Source of the DNA: Octopus bimaculoides
Taxonomy: Eukaryota
Direction of reading: 5' to 3'
Length of the DNA: 64,000 nucleotides
NCBI RefSeq assembly: GCF_001194135.2
Contig: NC_068981.1
Coordinates: forward strand, 110,680,923-110,744,922
The notes beneath the pieces are model-generated. The model did no database searches. It had not been told where the DNA came from and saw nothing but the letters and a program-made list of their open reading frames with translations. Shown here one piece after another: positions 22,944 through 36,604 of the stretch (its first letter is position 1; the number at the start of each line of letters is the position of its first letter). The position numbers and the translations under genes were made by a program.

Positions 22944-24556
22944 GGAGGGAGAGCAAGAGTGAGACATGAAGAGAGAGAGAGAGTGATAGAAAAAGAAATC
23001 TTTTGTTTGTAAGGAAAAGTGGGGGAGAATGGAGTCACAAACATAATGATGACACCGATATATATTGGTCCCTTTAGTAGGCATGCTTTTTACAGGGGAA
23101 TCTGCTTCCAAAGTTAAAACCTTCCANNNNNNNNNNNNNNNNNNNNNNNNNNNNNNNNNNNNNNNNNNNNNNNNNNNNNNNNNNNNNNNNNNNNNNNNNN
23201 NNNNNNNNNNNNNNNNNNNNNNNNNNNNNNNNNNNNNNNNNNNNNNNNNNNNNNNNNNNNNNNNNNNNNNNNNNNNNNNNNNNNNNNNNNNNNNNNNNNN
23301 NNNNNNNNNNNNNNNNNNNNNNNNNNNNNNNNNNNNNNNNNNNNNNNNNNNNNNNNNNNNNNNNNNNNNNNNNNNNNNNNNNNNNNNNNNNNNNNNNNNN
23401 NNNNNNNNNNNNNNNNNNNNNNNNNNNNNNNNNNNNNNNNNNNNNNNNNNNNNNNNNNNNNNNNNNNNNNNNNNNNNNNNNNNNNNNNNNNNNNNNNNNN
23501 NNNNNNNNNNNNNNNNNNNNNNNNNNNNNNNNNNNNNNNNNNNNNNNNNNNNNNNNNNNNNNNNNNNNNNNNNNNNNNNNNNNNNNNNNNNNNNNNNNNN
23601 NNNNNNNNNNNNNNNNNNNNNNNNNNNNNNNNNNNNNNNNNNNNNNNNNNNNNNNNNNNNNNNNNNNNNNNNNNNNNNNNNNNNNNNNNNNNNNNNNNNN
23701 NNNNNNNNNNNNNNNNNNNNNNNNNNNNNNNNNNNNNNNNNNNNNNNNNNNNNNNNNNNNNNNNNNNNNNNNNNNNNNNNNNNNNNNNNNNNNNNNNNNN
23801 NNNNNNNNNNCTCTCTCTCTCTCTCTCTCTCTCTCGAGTTTCTGAAAGACTCTTGAGATGCCTACACGCATATAAATGTACTTTCGCACAATGCAGTGGG
23901 AATGAATTTTGAGTAACCGTTAACATAATTGAATTTACTTTAAGGTATGGATAACTTAAGTTTACTTTTAACCTACCCATTCTTACAAACACCAAGTAGA
24001 TAGTTAACTCGCTTTGTGATCATGATTGTACCAATCCTAACGCGTGCGTATGCTCACATTTTTGCGGATGCTTCAATAGTTGAGTGTCCTCGCGTCATGC
24101 AGCTTACCCGAAGGCATTTATGCATCTATATTTGTTAACGATTATTTTTAATACTTCTCTCACTGTATTGCGTGTTCGTTTCTCTTTTTCCATCTGTGAT
24201 TTTATTTTTGATCTTCTATACAAATGAAGATATTTCCCCCGGCTGACTGCTTTTCTTTCTACAAAACGAGAAGTTACATGGCGGAAATAAACGCAACTCG
24301 TTAAAATAAAACTCGATGAGATACAGCTGCATCACTGGATGCTTCTGAACCAATTATTGCGTATCCCACCCACGAGGGATCGATGCTAGATGTGTCGAAA
24401 CAATTCTCGTGATTAATAATAAATTCTCGTATATTCCATCTTTCGTCTTTCATTTGNNNNNNNNNNNNNNNNNNNNNNNNNNNNNNNNNNNNNNNNNNNN
24501 NNNNNNNNNNNNNNNNNNNNNNNNNNNNNNNNNNNNNNNNNNNNNNNNNNNNNNNN

Positions 24557-24943
24557 GCAGGAGTGGCTGTGTGGTAAGTAGCTTGCTTACCAACCACATG
24601 GTTCAATCCCACTGCGTTGCACCTTCAGCAAATGTCTTCTACTATAGCCTCGGGCGAACCAAAGCCTTCTGAGTGGATTTGGTAGACGGAAACTGAAAGC
24701 CGCCTGTTGTATATATGTATACATATGTGTGTGTGTGTGTTTGTGTGTCTGTGTTTGTCCCCCCAACATCTCTTGACAACCGATGCTGGTGTGTTTACGT
24801 CCCCGTAACTTAGGGGTTCGGCAAGAGAAACCGAAAGAATAAGTAAGTACTATGCTTACAAAGAATTAGTCTTGGGGTCGGTTTGCTTGACTAAAGGCGG
24901 TGCTCCACCGTGACCGCAGTCAAATGACTGAAACAAGTAAAAG
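24557..24943 (+). mobile_element. tRNA-derived SINE family 1, near full length
   Basis: Head gcaggagtggctgtgtggtaagtagcttgc..ggttcaatccc, an internal (TG/TA)n, and tail gcagtcaaatgactgaaacaagtaaaag. Resembles octopod tRNA-SINEs; family name not verified. Confidence 0.88.
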
Positions 24944-26224
24944 TGTATATACATATATATATATGTATATATACAATGTTAATTCTCTAAATGAAGTATT
25001 AACAGTAACTGCACGATAAAGTGTAGTATATTGCCACTTAAGTGTGGCTGACCCCTAGGGGTGGATGTTACTGTTGCTTTTAGCCCCAGGAGGACATATA
25101 TATATATATATATATATGAGTAAAAATAAATACAAAAAAAGGGGTTTTGTATGATCATGTATAGAGGAATATATTATTTTATTTAAAAGAGTTCCAACTC
25201 TGTCCGTTCTTTATGTTTTATTTATATTCTTGTAAAATTAATGTGGGATATAGAATATGGAATATATAATATAAAAATGGATGGTACAATGAAATGAAGT
25301 ATTGAATGCCTTATTGAATATATGGAATATGTCTTATTGAATATATGAAATATTGAGNNNNNNNNNNNNNNNNNNNNNNNNNNNNNNNNNNNNNNNNNNN
25401 NNNNNNNNNNNNNNNNNNNNNNNNNNNNNNNNNNNNNNNNNNNNNNNNNNNNNNNNNNNNNNNNNNNNNNNNNNNNNNNNNNNNNNNNNNNNNNNNNNNN
25501 NNNNNNNNNNNNNNNNNNNNNNNNNNNNNNNNNNNNNNNNNNNNNNNNNNNNNNNNNNNNNNNNNNNNNNNNNNNNNNNNNNNNNNNNNNNNNNNNNNNN
25601 NNNNNNNNNNNNNNNNNNNNNNNNNNNNNNNNNNNNNNNNNNNNNNNNNNNNNNNNNNNNNNNNNNNNNNNNNNNNNNNNNNNNNNNNNNNNNNNNNNNN
25701 NNNNNNNNNNNNNNNNNNNNNNNNNNNNNNNNNNNNNNNNNNNNNNNNNNNNNNNNNNNNNNNNNNNNNNNNNNNNNNNNNNNNNNNNNNNNNNNNNNNN
25801 NNNNNNNNNNNNNNNNNNNNNNNNNNNNNNNNNNNNNNNNNNNNNNNNNNNNNNNNNNNNNNNNNATACCTTGTGGTATTTCATCATGGCCGATATCTGA
25901 CAGACTGTAACAGACTGTAATAGACTGGCTGGTTTTCTGTCTTTTATACCTATTCCTTTGGACAGCAGCAGTTTGGCTATTTTTAGAATTGATGCCAAGT
26001 TTATTTTTAGAAATGATGACATTTGAGAGATTTTTTGTGTTTTGGTTATAGGGATAAGATTTTTAAACCCCAAGTAAGATAAATTTAATCATTGTTTGTT
26101 AAGAATGGGTTTGAATTTCTTAATAAAGTCCTTTTCTTTGCATTTTCTCTCAATTTCATTCCGGTTGTAAAGTTTATGGAATGGAAATATAATAAAAGTT
26201 TGACGACCACATGTTGCCAGATGG

Positions 26225-26596
26225 TTACTCAGTGGTATTTGGCAGACTTTTGGGATTTTTAATCTGTTGTCGATGCACCCGTGAGCGTTCCGATAGTGCA
26301 TTACCTGTCTGACCAACGTATAGTTCTTTACAATTAGGGTATTTGATGCAGTAGATTAGATTTCTACTATTGCAGTTCATGTTCGCATTGGTGAATATTT
26401 TCCCTGTTTTTGTGTTCATATATGGGCCAGTATGAATTGATCGGCATGTACCGCATCGGCTATCATTGCATTTGGACACAGTGAATGTTTGATTTTTGTT
26501 GCTGAGGTCAAACCTTGCCTTTGTTAATAGCTTTTTCAAGTTTTTAGGTTGTCTCTTACTGAGAGTTATATTTTGATCTGTAATGATATTTCTCAA
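26225..26596 (-). pseudogene. Penelope-like GIY-YIG endonuclease segment
   Basis: CNDSRCGTC..NCNSRNLIYCIKYPNCKELYVGQTGNALSERSRVHRQQIK (CCHH-type linker and IY..YxG..R..H). Out of frame with the RT. Confidence 0.88.
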
Positions 26597-26837
26597 TACT
26601 AAAGATGTTCTGGTGGCATGGATTTTGTGTCACTATAAATGGAATGATCTTTTCCTGTTTGTCTCTTCTTTGCGGTGTCCTTAGTTGTTGTATGGGTATT
26701 TTCAAAGCCCGCTGAATACCATTTTCTATGAGTAGTGATGGGTACTTTTGCTTTAGCAGAAATTCTTTCAGTTCCATCAGGCGCTGATTTCTGGTCTCTA
26801 TATCTTCTACAATAGTACATATTCTCCTGGCTAAGCA

Positions 26838-27605
26838 TTATGGGATGTTGCGTTTTGTATGGGATGGATGGCACGATTTAAAATTCAAGTATTGGTGTGT
26901 GTCTGTGTGTTTATAATATATATCTGTGGTAATGGCGGTGTTCTTTTTAACTACCATTATATCTAGAAATAGTAATTTGCTACTGCTCATCTCCTTTGTA
27001 AATTGGATGGATGGGTGTAGGTTGTTCAAAAGGGTGTTAAATTCTTCCACAGTGTTTTGAGGTTTTATAAAGCAATCGTCCAGGTATCTCTTCCATGCTT
27101 TTTCTATAAACTTCCTAAATTCGGTGTTATATCTCTCCTCTATTTCCTGGTAGAGTTTTTGTTCCAAGTAACCCATCACCGAATTTGCATAAACGGGAGC
27201 AAACCTCGTTCCCATAGCCGTGCCTTTAATTTGGATATAGTTCTTTCCATTGAAGAAGAAAGTATTATTTTCCAGGATAAGTCTCCCTGATTCTAGTATA
27301 AATGTCATCGTGAATCTGTTGGGAATTGCTTCTCTGTGTTTGTCTACCCAGTATTCGACCGCCTTTATTCCTAAATCATGTGAGATATTTGTGTATAGGC
27401 TTACTACGTCAAAGCTTAGTAGGATTGAATTTGTTTCAGTGGTTTTGGGAAGATGGGATAGAAAGTCGATGTCATCTCGAATGAAGCTGGGTATGTAGGT
27501 ACATAGTGGCTTCAAAAGAATGTCGATGAAATTGCTTAGACAGTGAGTAGGGCATACTGGGCCAGCTATAATTGGTCTAAGTTTTAAATCTTTTGGATGT
27601 AGCAC
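26838..27605 (-). pseudogene. Penelope-like reverse transcriptase segment
   Basis: LKLRPIIAGP, SFDVVSLYTNI, QIKGTAMGTRFAPVYAN, WKRYLDDCFI, FLDIMV, DIYYKHTDTHQYLNFKSCHPSHTKRNIP. Confidence 0.92.
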
Positions 27606-28361
27606 TTTTATGTATTCACTTCCTTGTTCTTTTACTGCCTGTTGAATATCTTCTGACTTATGTATTTTGGGTAAGCCGTAAAAGTTACTGGGTTTTGGTT
27701 CGAAGTTGGTGATGTAGTCTCTTTCGTTGTCAGTGAGTGAGTTGTAGNNNNNNNNNNNNNNNNNNNNNNNNNNNNNNNNNNNNNNNNNNNNNNNNNNNNN
27801 NNNNNNNNNNNNNNNNNNNNNNNNNNNNNNNNNNNNNNNNNNNNNNNNNNNNNNNNNNNNNNNNNNNNNNNNNNNNNNNNNNNNNNNNNNNNNNNNNNNN
27901 NNNNNNNNNNNNNNNNNNNNNNNNNNNNNNNNNNNNNNNNNNNNNNNNNNNNNNNNNNNNNNNNNNNNNNNNNNNNNNNNNNNNNNNNNNNNNNNNNNNN
28001 NNNNNNNNNNNNNNNNAATTTGATTTATTCCTCACTAAAGAATCTTCGGTTTCATTATTATTTTTAATATTAATATTGGTGGTGAAGAATTCGACAAGTC
28101 GTAATTTGCGACAGAATTTCTGGATATCTTCCTTTAGTTCATGGTGGTTGACTGTTGGTGTAGGTGTAAATTTCAGGCCTTTTAACAGAAGTTGGGTTTC
28201 ATCATTGTCAAGATCTCTTCTGGAAAGATTAATTATCTTAGGATCTATATGTCCAGTTGTTTTGGGTATGTTACCTCTTGGAGTGTTTCTTTCTCTGGTG
28301 TTTGTTGTCCTGACATTAAAAAATGAATTTTTTTTCTGTTTATGGTTTCTATTTTTGTTAC

Positions 28362-28760
28362 TCTTATTCTTTTATTTGCTTCAGTCATTTAACTGTAGTC
28401 ATGCTGGAGGATTTTCTTTAGTCGAGCAATCAGACCCCAGGACTTAATCTTTATAAGACTAGTACTTATTCTATTGGTCTCTTTTGCCGAACCACTAAGT
28501 TACAGGTGACAGACATACCAGCATCACTTGTCAAGCGATGTTGGGAGACAGACACAGACACACAAACATATACACACACATACACAGATATATATACAAT
28601 GGATTTCTTTCAGTTTGTGCCTACCACATCCACTTACAGGGCTTTGGTTGGCCTGAGGCAATAGTAGAAGACACTTGTCAAAGGTTCCATGCAATGGGAC
28701 TGAACACAGAACCATGTGGTTGGTAAGGAAGCTATTTACCAGACAGCCACTCGTGCGCCT
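28362..28760 (-). mobile_element. tRNA-derived SINE family 1, full length, at the 5' edge of the Penelope-like element
   Basis: Reverse complement of the 24557-24943 organisation (head ..ccagacagccactcgtgcgcct, tail ttcttttatttgcttcagtcattt). Confidence 0.85.
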
Positions 28761-28778
28761 ATGAACCACTCCAGCACC

Positions 28779-28816
<38 letters not shown>

Positions 28817-28899
28817 CACACACACATATATATATGTACATATATACAATACATATATATGTACAATATATATAATATATAAGTATCTATATATATAAT

Positions 28900-30428
28900 A
28901 TCATCATCATCATCATCATCATCGTTTAACGTCTGCTTTCCATGCTAGCATGGGTTGGACGATTTGACTGAGGACTGGTGAACCAGATGGCTGCACTAGG
29001 CTTCAATCTGATTTGGCAGAGGTACTACAGCTGGATGCCTTTCCTAATGCCAACCATTCTGAGAGTGTAGTGGGTGCTTTTACGTGCCAATGGCACAAAG
29101 GCTAGTCAGGCGGTACTGGCAACGGCCACACTCAAAATGGTATATTTTACGTGCCACCTGCAAAGGAGCCAGTCCAGCGGCACTGGCAATGGTCTCGCTT
29201 GAATGTCGTTTTATGTGCCACCGGCAGAAGTGCCTGGAAGGCGACGCTGTTAACGATCATGCTCAAATGGTGCTATTTATGTGCCACCGGCACGGAAACC
29301 AGACAGTTGCTTTGGCAATGATCACACTCGAACGGTGCTATTAGTGCTCCACTTGTACAGGTGCCACCACGATTTCGCCTTCGCTTGCCCCAACATGTCT
29401 TCACAAGCCGAGTTTAGTGTCCAATGATGGAGACGTTGGCATTGGTGCCAGTCATCGAATTTAGTTCGATTTCGATTTCACTTGCCTCAACAGGTCTTCG
29501 CAAGTCCAATGAAGGAAAGGTACGCATAAGTGGGCTGGCTACATCCCTGGCTGAAGCCTTGGATTTTGGTCTCACTTGGCTTGCCAGGTTTTCTCACGCA
29601 CAGCATATTTCCAAAGGTCTCGGTCAGAAGTCATTGCCTTGGTGAGGCCTAATGTTCGAAAGTCATGCTTCACAACCTCATCCCAGGTCTTCCTGGGCCT
29701 ACTTCTTCCATAGGTTTCCTCAACCACTAGGGTGTGGCACTTTTTCACACAGCTATCCTCATCCATTCTCGCCACATGACCATACCAGCGCAATCGTCTC
29801 TCTTGCACACCACAACTGATGCTTCTTAGGTTCAACTTTTCTCTCAAGGTACTTACACTCTGTCATGTATGCACACTGACATTACTCATCCATCGGAGCA
29901 TACTGGCTTCATTCCTTGCGAGATTACGCATGTCTTCAGCAGTCATGGTCCATGTTTCTCTGCCATGTATCATGGGTGTTCGTACACATGCGTCATACTC
30001 ATGCCTTTTACTCAGAGTGAGAGGCCCATTGTCACCAGCAGAGGTAAGAGCTCTCTGAACTTTGCCCAGGCTATTCTTATTCTAGTAGCTACACTTTAAG
30101 CGCACCCTTCCCCCACTACTAACTTGGTCACCTACAGAGCGGAAGCTATCAACTATGTCTAGGTTTTCTCCCTGGAATGTGGCTGAAGTTGTTTTCTGCA
30201 CATTTTCAGTGTTTATTGTTCCTGAACATCTGCCACATTCAAAAACTAACTTCCTAGTAAACCTTCCTTTGATATTGCTGCACCTCTTATGTGTCCATAG
30301 CTTGCACTTGGTACATCTTATAGAGTTTCTGCTTACACCTTTTCTACAGATCGAGTAGGGCCATCTACCTGAAGGGGATTGTGTTTTGTCTACCTTCCTA
30401 CTTATTAGGACTTTGGTTTTAGCTAGCA
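28900..30428 (-). mobile_element. RTE-clade LINE copy A, 5'-truncated (about 1.5 kb)
   Basis: (ATC)n tail followed by gtttaacgtctgctttccatgctagcatggg. ORFs 29572-29847 (RRLRWYGHVARMDEDSCVKKC..RPRKTW) and 30082-30453. Confidence 0.92.
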
Positions 30429-30430
30429 AT

Positions 30431-33400
30431 ATCATCATCATCATCATCATCATCGTTTAACGTCTGCTTTCCATGCTAGCATGGGTTGGACGATTTGATT
30501 GAGGACTGGTGAAACCAGGTGGTAACACCAAGTTCCAATCTGATTTGGCAGAGTTTCTACAGCTGGATGCCCTTCCTAATGCCAACCACTCAGAAAGTGT
30601 AGTGAGTACTTTTACGTGTCACCCGCACGAAGGCCAGTCAGGCGGTACTGGCAACAGCCATGCTCAAAATGGTGTATTTNNNNNNNNNNNNNNNNNNNNN
30701 NNNNNNNNNNNNNNNNNNNNNNNNNNNNNNNNNNNNNNNNNNNNNNNNNNNNNNNNNNNNNNNNNNNNNNNNNNNNNNNNNNNNNNNNNNNNNNNNNNNN
30801 NNNNNNNNNNNNNNNNNNNNNNNNNNNNNNNNNNNNNNNNNNNNNNNNNNNNNNNNNNNNNNNNNNNNNNNNNNNNNNNNNNNNNNNNNNNNNNNNNNNN
30901 NNNNNNNNNNNNNNNNNNNNNNNNNNNNNNNNNNNNNNNNNNNNNNNNNNNNNNNNNNNNNNNNNNNNNNNNNNNNNNNNNNNNNNNNNNNNNNNNNNNN
31001 NNNNNNNNNNNNNNNNNNNNNNNNNNNNNNNNNNNNNNNNNNNNNNNNNNNNNNNNNNNNNNNNNNNNNNNNNNNNNNNNNNNNNNNNNNNNNNNNNNNN
31101 NNNNNNNNNNNNNNNNNNNNNNNNNNNNNNNNNNNNNNNNNNNNNNNNNNNNNNNNNNNNNNNNNNNNNNNNNNNNNNNNNNNNNNNNNNNNNNNNNNNN
31201 NNNNNNNNNNNNNNNNNNNNGCGCAATCGTCTCTCTTGCACACCACAACTGATGCTACTTATGTTCAGCTTTTCTCTCAAGATACTTACACTCTGTCGGG
31301 TATGCGCACTGACATTACTCATCCATCGGAGCATACTGGCTTCATTCCTTGTGAGTTTACGCATGTCCTCAGCAGTCACAGCCCATGTTTCACTGCCATG
31401 TAGCATGGCTGTTCGTACACATGCGTCATACAGTCTGCCTTTTACTCTGAGTGAGAGTCCCTTTGTCACCAGCAGATGTAAGAGCTCTGTGAACTTTGCC
31501 CAGGCTATTCTTATTCTAGCAGCTACACTTTCAGCACACCCACCGCCACTACTAACTTGGTCAACCAGATAGCGGAAGCTATCAACTACCTGTAGATTTT
31601 CACCCTGGAATGAGACAGAAGTTGTTCTCCGTTTGTTTACAGTGTTTATTGCGCCTGAACATCTGCCACATACAAAAAATAACTTCCTAGTTAACCTGCC
31701 TTTGATATTGCTGCACCTCTTATGTGTCCATAGCTTGCAATGGGTATATCTTATAGAGTTACTACCTACACCTTTTCTACATACTGAGCAGGACCATCTA
31801 CCTGAAGGGGTTTGTGTTTTATCTACCTTCCTATTTATTAGGATTTTGGTTTTAGGTAGGTTGACTCTAAAGCTCATCGATTCTAGTCCTTGCTTCCGCA
31901 CCTGAAACTTCTCCTTTAGTTCTGATAGTGACTCTGCAATTAGTGCAAGGTCATCAGCATAGAGGAGCTCCCAGGGGAAACCTGTCTTGAATTCCACTGT
32001 GATCGCCTGGAGGACTATGATAAATAGGAGGGGGCTGAGGACAGAACCTTGGTGGACCCCTACCTTTACCCGGAATTCATTACTGTACTCATTTCCAACC
32101 CTCACCTTACTGACAGCATCTCTGTACATGGCTCGCACAGCTCTCACTAACCATTCTTCTATCCCAAGTTTCCTCATTGACCACCAGATAAGGGATCGGG
32201 GGACCCTGTCAAAGGCTTTCTCCATGTCAACGAAAGCCAGGTACAGAGGTTTATCCTNNNNNNNNNNNNNNNNNNNNNNNNNNNNNNNNNNNNNNNNNNN
32301 NNNNNNNNNNNNNNNNNNNNNNNNNNNNNNNNNNNNNNNNNNNNNNNNNNNNNNNNNNNNNNNNNNNNNNNNNNNNNNNNNNNNNNNNNNNNNNNNNNNN
32401 NNNNNNNNNNNNNNNNNNNNNNNNNNNNNNNNNNNNNNNNNNNNNNNNNNNNNNNNNNNNNNNNNNNNNNNNNNNNNNNNNNNNNNNNNNNNNNNNNNNN
32501 NNNNNNNNNNNNNNNNNNNNNNNNNNNNNNNNNNNNNNNNNNNNNNNNNNNNNNNNNNNNNNNNNNNNNNNNNNNNNNNNNNNNNNNNNNNNNNNNNNNN
32601 NNNNNNNNNNNNNNNNNNNNNNNNNNNNNNNNNNNNNNNNNNNNNNNNNNNNNNNNNNNNNNNNNNNNNNNNNNNNNNNNNNNNNNNNNNNNNNNNNNNN
32701 NNNNNNNNNNNNNNNNNNNNNNNNNNNNNNNNNNNNNNNNNNNNNNNNNNNNNNNNNNNNNNNNNNNNNNNNNNNNNNNNNNNNNNNNNNNNNNNNNNNN
32801 NNNNNNNNNNNNNNNNNNNNNNNNNNNNNNNNNNNNNNNNNNNNNNNNNNNNNNNNNNNNNNNNNNNNNNNNNNNNNNNNNNNNNNNNNNNNNNNNNNNN
32901 NNNNNNNNGTAACTTTCATAACCTGATCTAACAGCTTCATGCCTCTGTAATTATTTATATCTAAAGCGTCACCTTTACCTTTGTAGCAGTTGACTATGGT
33001 GCTGCTACACCAGTCATTGGGTATGACTCCTTCGTGTATCACCTGGTTCGTAATACGGGTGACTAGGCTATAGTGGACACTGCCAGATATTTTGAGCATC
33101 TCTGCAGTGATTCCTGATGGGCCGGGGGCTTTCCCTGTCTTCATACTCTTAATTGCTTTATCTATCATGGTACTGTCAACTCGGATAGCTGGTCCCTCTG
33201 TTGGGTCGACATATGGCAGACTCTCTTTCTCCCATTCATTCTCTTTATTGAGCAATCTATCATAGTGGCATTTCCAGACCTCTTTCTTTGCAGTCTTATT
33301 TAGTGCAATTGTACCATCATCCATGCGAACACATTTCTCCCTACGACATCACTATTCTCTCTCCTACACTGTCTTGCAACACGAAATACCTCAAGTCTTT

Positions 33401-34116
33401 GGTCCTCACGTCGCAGAACATTGGCAAATATTTTCTTATCTGCTTCCCCTCTGGCTAAATAAACTTGTCGCCTAGCTTCACTTCTGGCAGATTGGTACAA
33501 TTCCCTGCTACCACCATTCTTCCAGTCCTTCCAAGCCTGTTTCTTTTGTCTAATAGCCCTGTCTACTTCCTTGTTCCACCACCATGTTACTCTGGGTCGA
33601 GAGGGGACTTTACACCAACCACATATCTGGTCGGTGGCTCTCAGCAGGTTGTCCCGCAGAAATCTCGAATTGTCTTCCACGTTGTATGATGCTATATCCG
33701 CTTCTATTTCGTCAAATGCTTCGAGTAACATGTCTCTGAGTCTATGTCCATTTGCATGGTCTTTAAGCTTCCACACCCTTCTCCTCCAAGCCGGTCTACT
33801 TCTGGGCACCCATTTTGCCTTGATCCTGAAGTCGCTAACTACTAATCTGTGGTGGTGTGTACATTCTTCGCCAGGGAAGGTTTTGGCATTTATAAGCCGC
33901 CCTCTTTCCCTGTTTCTGGCGAGGATGTAGTCGATTTGGCTAGAGTGTCTGCCGGATCGGTAGGTGACTAGGTGACAGGCAGGTTTCCTGAAGTTGGTAT
34001 TGCAAACCATAAGATCGGTTGCATCACAGAACTCCAGCAGTCTGGTTCCCTCCTCGTTGCGGGAACCGAAGCCATAGCCTCCATGTATGCCATGGAAGCC
34101 TCCAGCACGACGTCCG
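30431..34116 (-). mobile_element. RTE-clade LINE copy B (APE C-terminal part + RT), gapped
   Basis: ORFs 33300-34010 (SQIDYIL..HRLVVSDF), 32251-33324 (KAPGPSGITAEMLK, NYRG) and 30612-32225 (MEKAFDRVPR, GVHQGSVLSPLLF, ELLYADDLALI, FRYL). Confidence 0.95.
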
Positions 34117-35820
34117 AATATATGTATATATTATATATGTATAATATATATAATATTATATATATATTATATAATATATATATAATACATATGTATTTAA
34201 TATATATATTATATAATTCTTATATATCTATAATATAAATTGGACATGGGCGATCATTGTATCCTTTCTTGTCTCGAGGTTCATAGCGAAACCGCTGGGT
34301 GGATTCACATGAAAAATGGCACACACGTGGAAACGGGTGCATAGATTAGAATGCAGTTTGTATTTTTTTCTAGCTCCTATACTTACCGAGAAAATCGATT
34401 ACAACGTTTTCTAATGAAATTCCCCTGTTTGTTCTGCCATTAAAACAACCAGTTGCTCACACTGCTGGCATATACCATTTCTCTAGCAACAAGAGGAATA
34501 CAGTATGACACTCAGCCAATACTTTCGCTATGCTGTCTCTCTTCTTTCACATCTTTGTGGGGTTAATAATCTTAATCTTTAGTCACAGTCTCTCATTCAA
34601 ACTACATAATAGGTAGAATTGTTGGATTAAGATAGTAGGGTATTTTGAGGGAAATTTGGCCGGTATTTGTACCAGGTCTTGCTATCATGTAGAGGTCTGA
34701 ACTTAATTTTCATTCACATATTTACATCTCAAAAATTTAACATAATCTTTTCCATAAATCAAATATCGTAAAAATTTTATACAATGACCTCACATTTTCT
34801 ATGTATGTGTGTGTACCTTAAAAGACGTCAATCATCACGACACACACCTTCACTCACTAACTCTATCTCTCTTTATCTCTCACATACACACGCGCACNNN
34901 NNNNNNNNNNNNNNNNNNNNNNNNNNNNNNNNNNNNNNNNNNNNNNNNNNNNNNNNNNNNNNNNNNNNNNNNNNNNNNNNNNNNNNNNNNNNNNNNNNNN
35001 NNNNNNNNNNNNNNNNNNNNNNNNNNNNNNNNNNNNNNNNNNNNNNNNNNNNNNNNNNNNNNNNNNNNNNNNNNNNNNNNNNNNNNNNNNNNNNNNNNNN
35101 NNNNNNNNNNNNNNNNNNNNNNNNNNNNNNNNNNNNNNNNNNNNNNNNNNNNNNNNNNNNNNNNNNNNNNNNNNNNNNNNNNNNNNNNNNNNNNNNNNNN
35201 NNNNNNNNNNNNNNNNNNNNNNNNNNNNNNNNNNNNNNNNNNNNNNNNNNNNNNNNNNNNNNNNNNNNNNNNNNNNNNNNNNNNNNNNNNNNNNNNNNNN
35301 NNNNNNNNNNNNNNNNNNNNNNNNNNNNNNNNNNNNNNNNNNNNNNNNNNNNNNNNNNNNNNNNNNNNNNNNNNNNNNNNNNNNNNNNNNNNNNNNNNNN
35401 NNNNNNNNNNNNNNNNNNNNNNNNNNNNNNNNNNNNNNNNNNNNNNNNNNNNNNNNNNNNNNNNNNNNNNNNNNNNNNNNNNNNNNNNNNNNNNNNNNNN
35501 NNNNNNNNNNNNNNNNNNNNNNNNNNNNNNNNNNNNNNNNNNNNNNNNNNNNNNNNNNNNNNNNNNNNNNNNNNNNNNNNNNNNNNNNNNNNNNNNNNNN
35601 NNNNNNNNNNNNNNNNNNNNNNNNNNNNNNNNNNNNNNNNNNNNNNNNNNNNNNNNNNNNNNNNNNNNNNNNNNNNNNNNNNNNNNNNNNNNNNNNNTAT
35701 ATTATATGAAATACTTTCATATATATCTATGTGTGGATTTATTTGCGTGTGTATACATGTGTGTGTGTGTTTGGATATATATATAGATATGTGTGTGCAT
35801 ATATATATATATATATATTG

Positions 35821-36604
35821 TCTTGTTTTTTTATCTTTTAATGCTTTCATTTGTCATTCGCTATTAATAATTTTAATATGTATTATTTACTTATATTGAC
35901 TTTCATATGCTAATTATTTAAATTGACCCTTAAATATATAGCTTCCCAATCTCCCTCTCTCAGCCTTCGTTTCACCTGAATTCTTTATGTAATTTTCTGA
36001 ATGGAATCTCTTGTTCCTTCCTGTGTTCTCAAGTTGGCTACATATATTTTGTACCATGTATCTAAAGTAACCCTTGCTTGATCTTTCTGTGTTTCATGTT
36101 GGTTAAATATTCTTCATACTATTGTCTTATTCCTTCCTACTCAAAATAGCTTCTTGTGCTATTCTCTGCTACTATTATTGCTATTTTTTTCAACCCAGTG
36201 AGAAAGCGCTATTCCATAATGTCCACTTCCGGTTGTAGCATATCTATAAAACACTCTACTCTCATGTTCCCTTCCTGTTTTTTTTTACGCAACTCATCCC
36301 ACGTAGACGGTTTTTGGACGCCCAGTTATGCATTGCTAAGCTAAGATATTCTCTCGTTTTTCCATCTTCTCATGCATTCATTCGCCATTTGCAATTGATA
36401 CTTTTAATATGTATTATTTACTAATATCTACTTTCATAAGCTATTATTAAATTGACCCTTCAATATATAACTTCCTATTCTCTCTTGGCCTTTGTGTCAC
36501 ATTAATTCTTCATGTAATTTTCTAAATGAAATCTTTCCTTCCCTCCTGTGTTCTCAAGTTGGCTACATATATTTTGTATCATCTCTCTAAATTAACCCTT
36601 GCTT
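35821..36604 (+). repeat. About 260-bp diverged direct repeat pair (35821-36079 and 36351-36604)
   Basis: Shared blocks ttttaatatgtattatttact, aaattgaccctt and cctgtgttctcaagttggctacatatattttgta appear in both units. Confidence 0.8.

Larger units (their letters stand above)
25866..28360 (-). mobile_element. Penelope-like element (RT + GIY-YIG), near complete but frameshifted
   Basis: N-terminal IINLSRRDLDNDETQLLLKGLKFTPTP..ELKEDIQKFCRKLRLVEFF (28050-28240), RT at 26838-27605, GIY-YIG at 26225-26596. Confidence 0.92.

Noticed and set aside
23065-23995. Long ORFs spanning N runs (also 17458-18037, 25222-26073, 30509-31572, 34784-35899)
   Set aside because: They are open only because N codons translate as X; assembly-gap artefacts.
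29075-29345. CRISPR-like repeat-spacer array
   Set aside because: The repeats are short and degenerate, the spacers resemble each other, and the module is part of the RTE 3' UTR in several copies. The context is eukaryotic with no cas genes.
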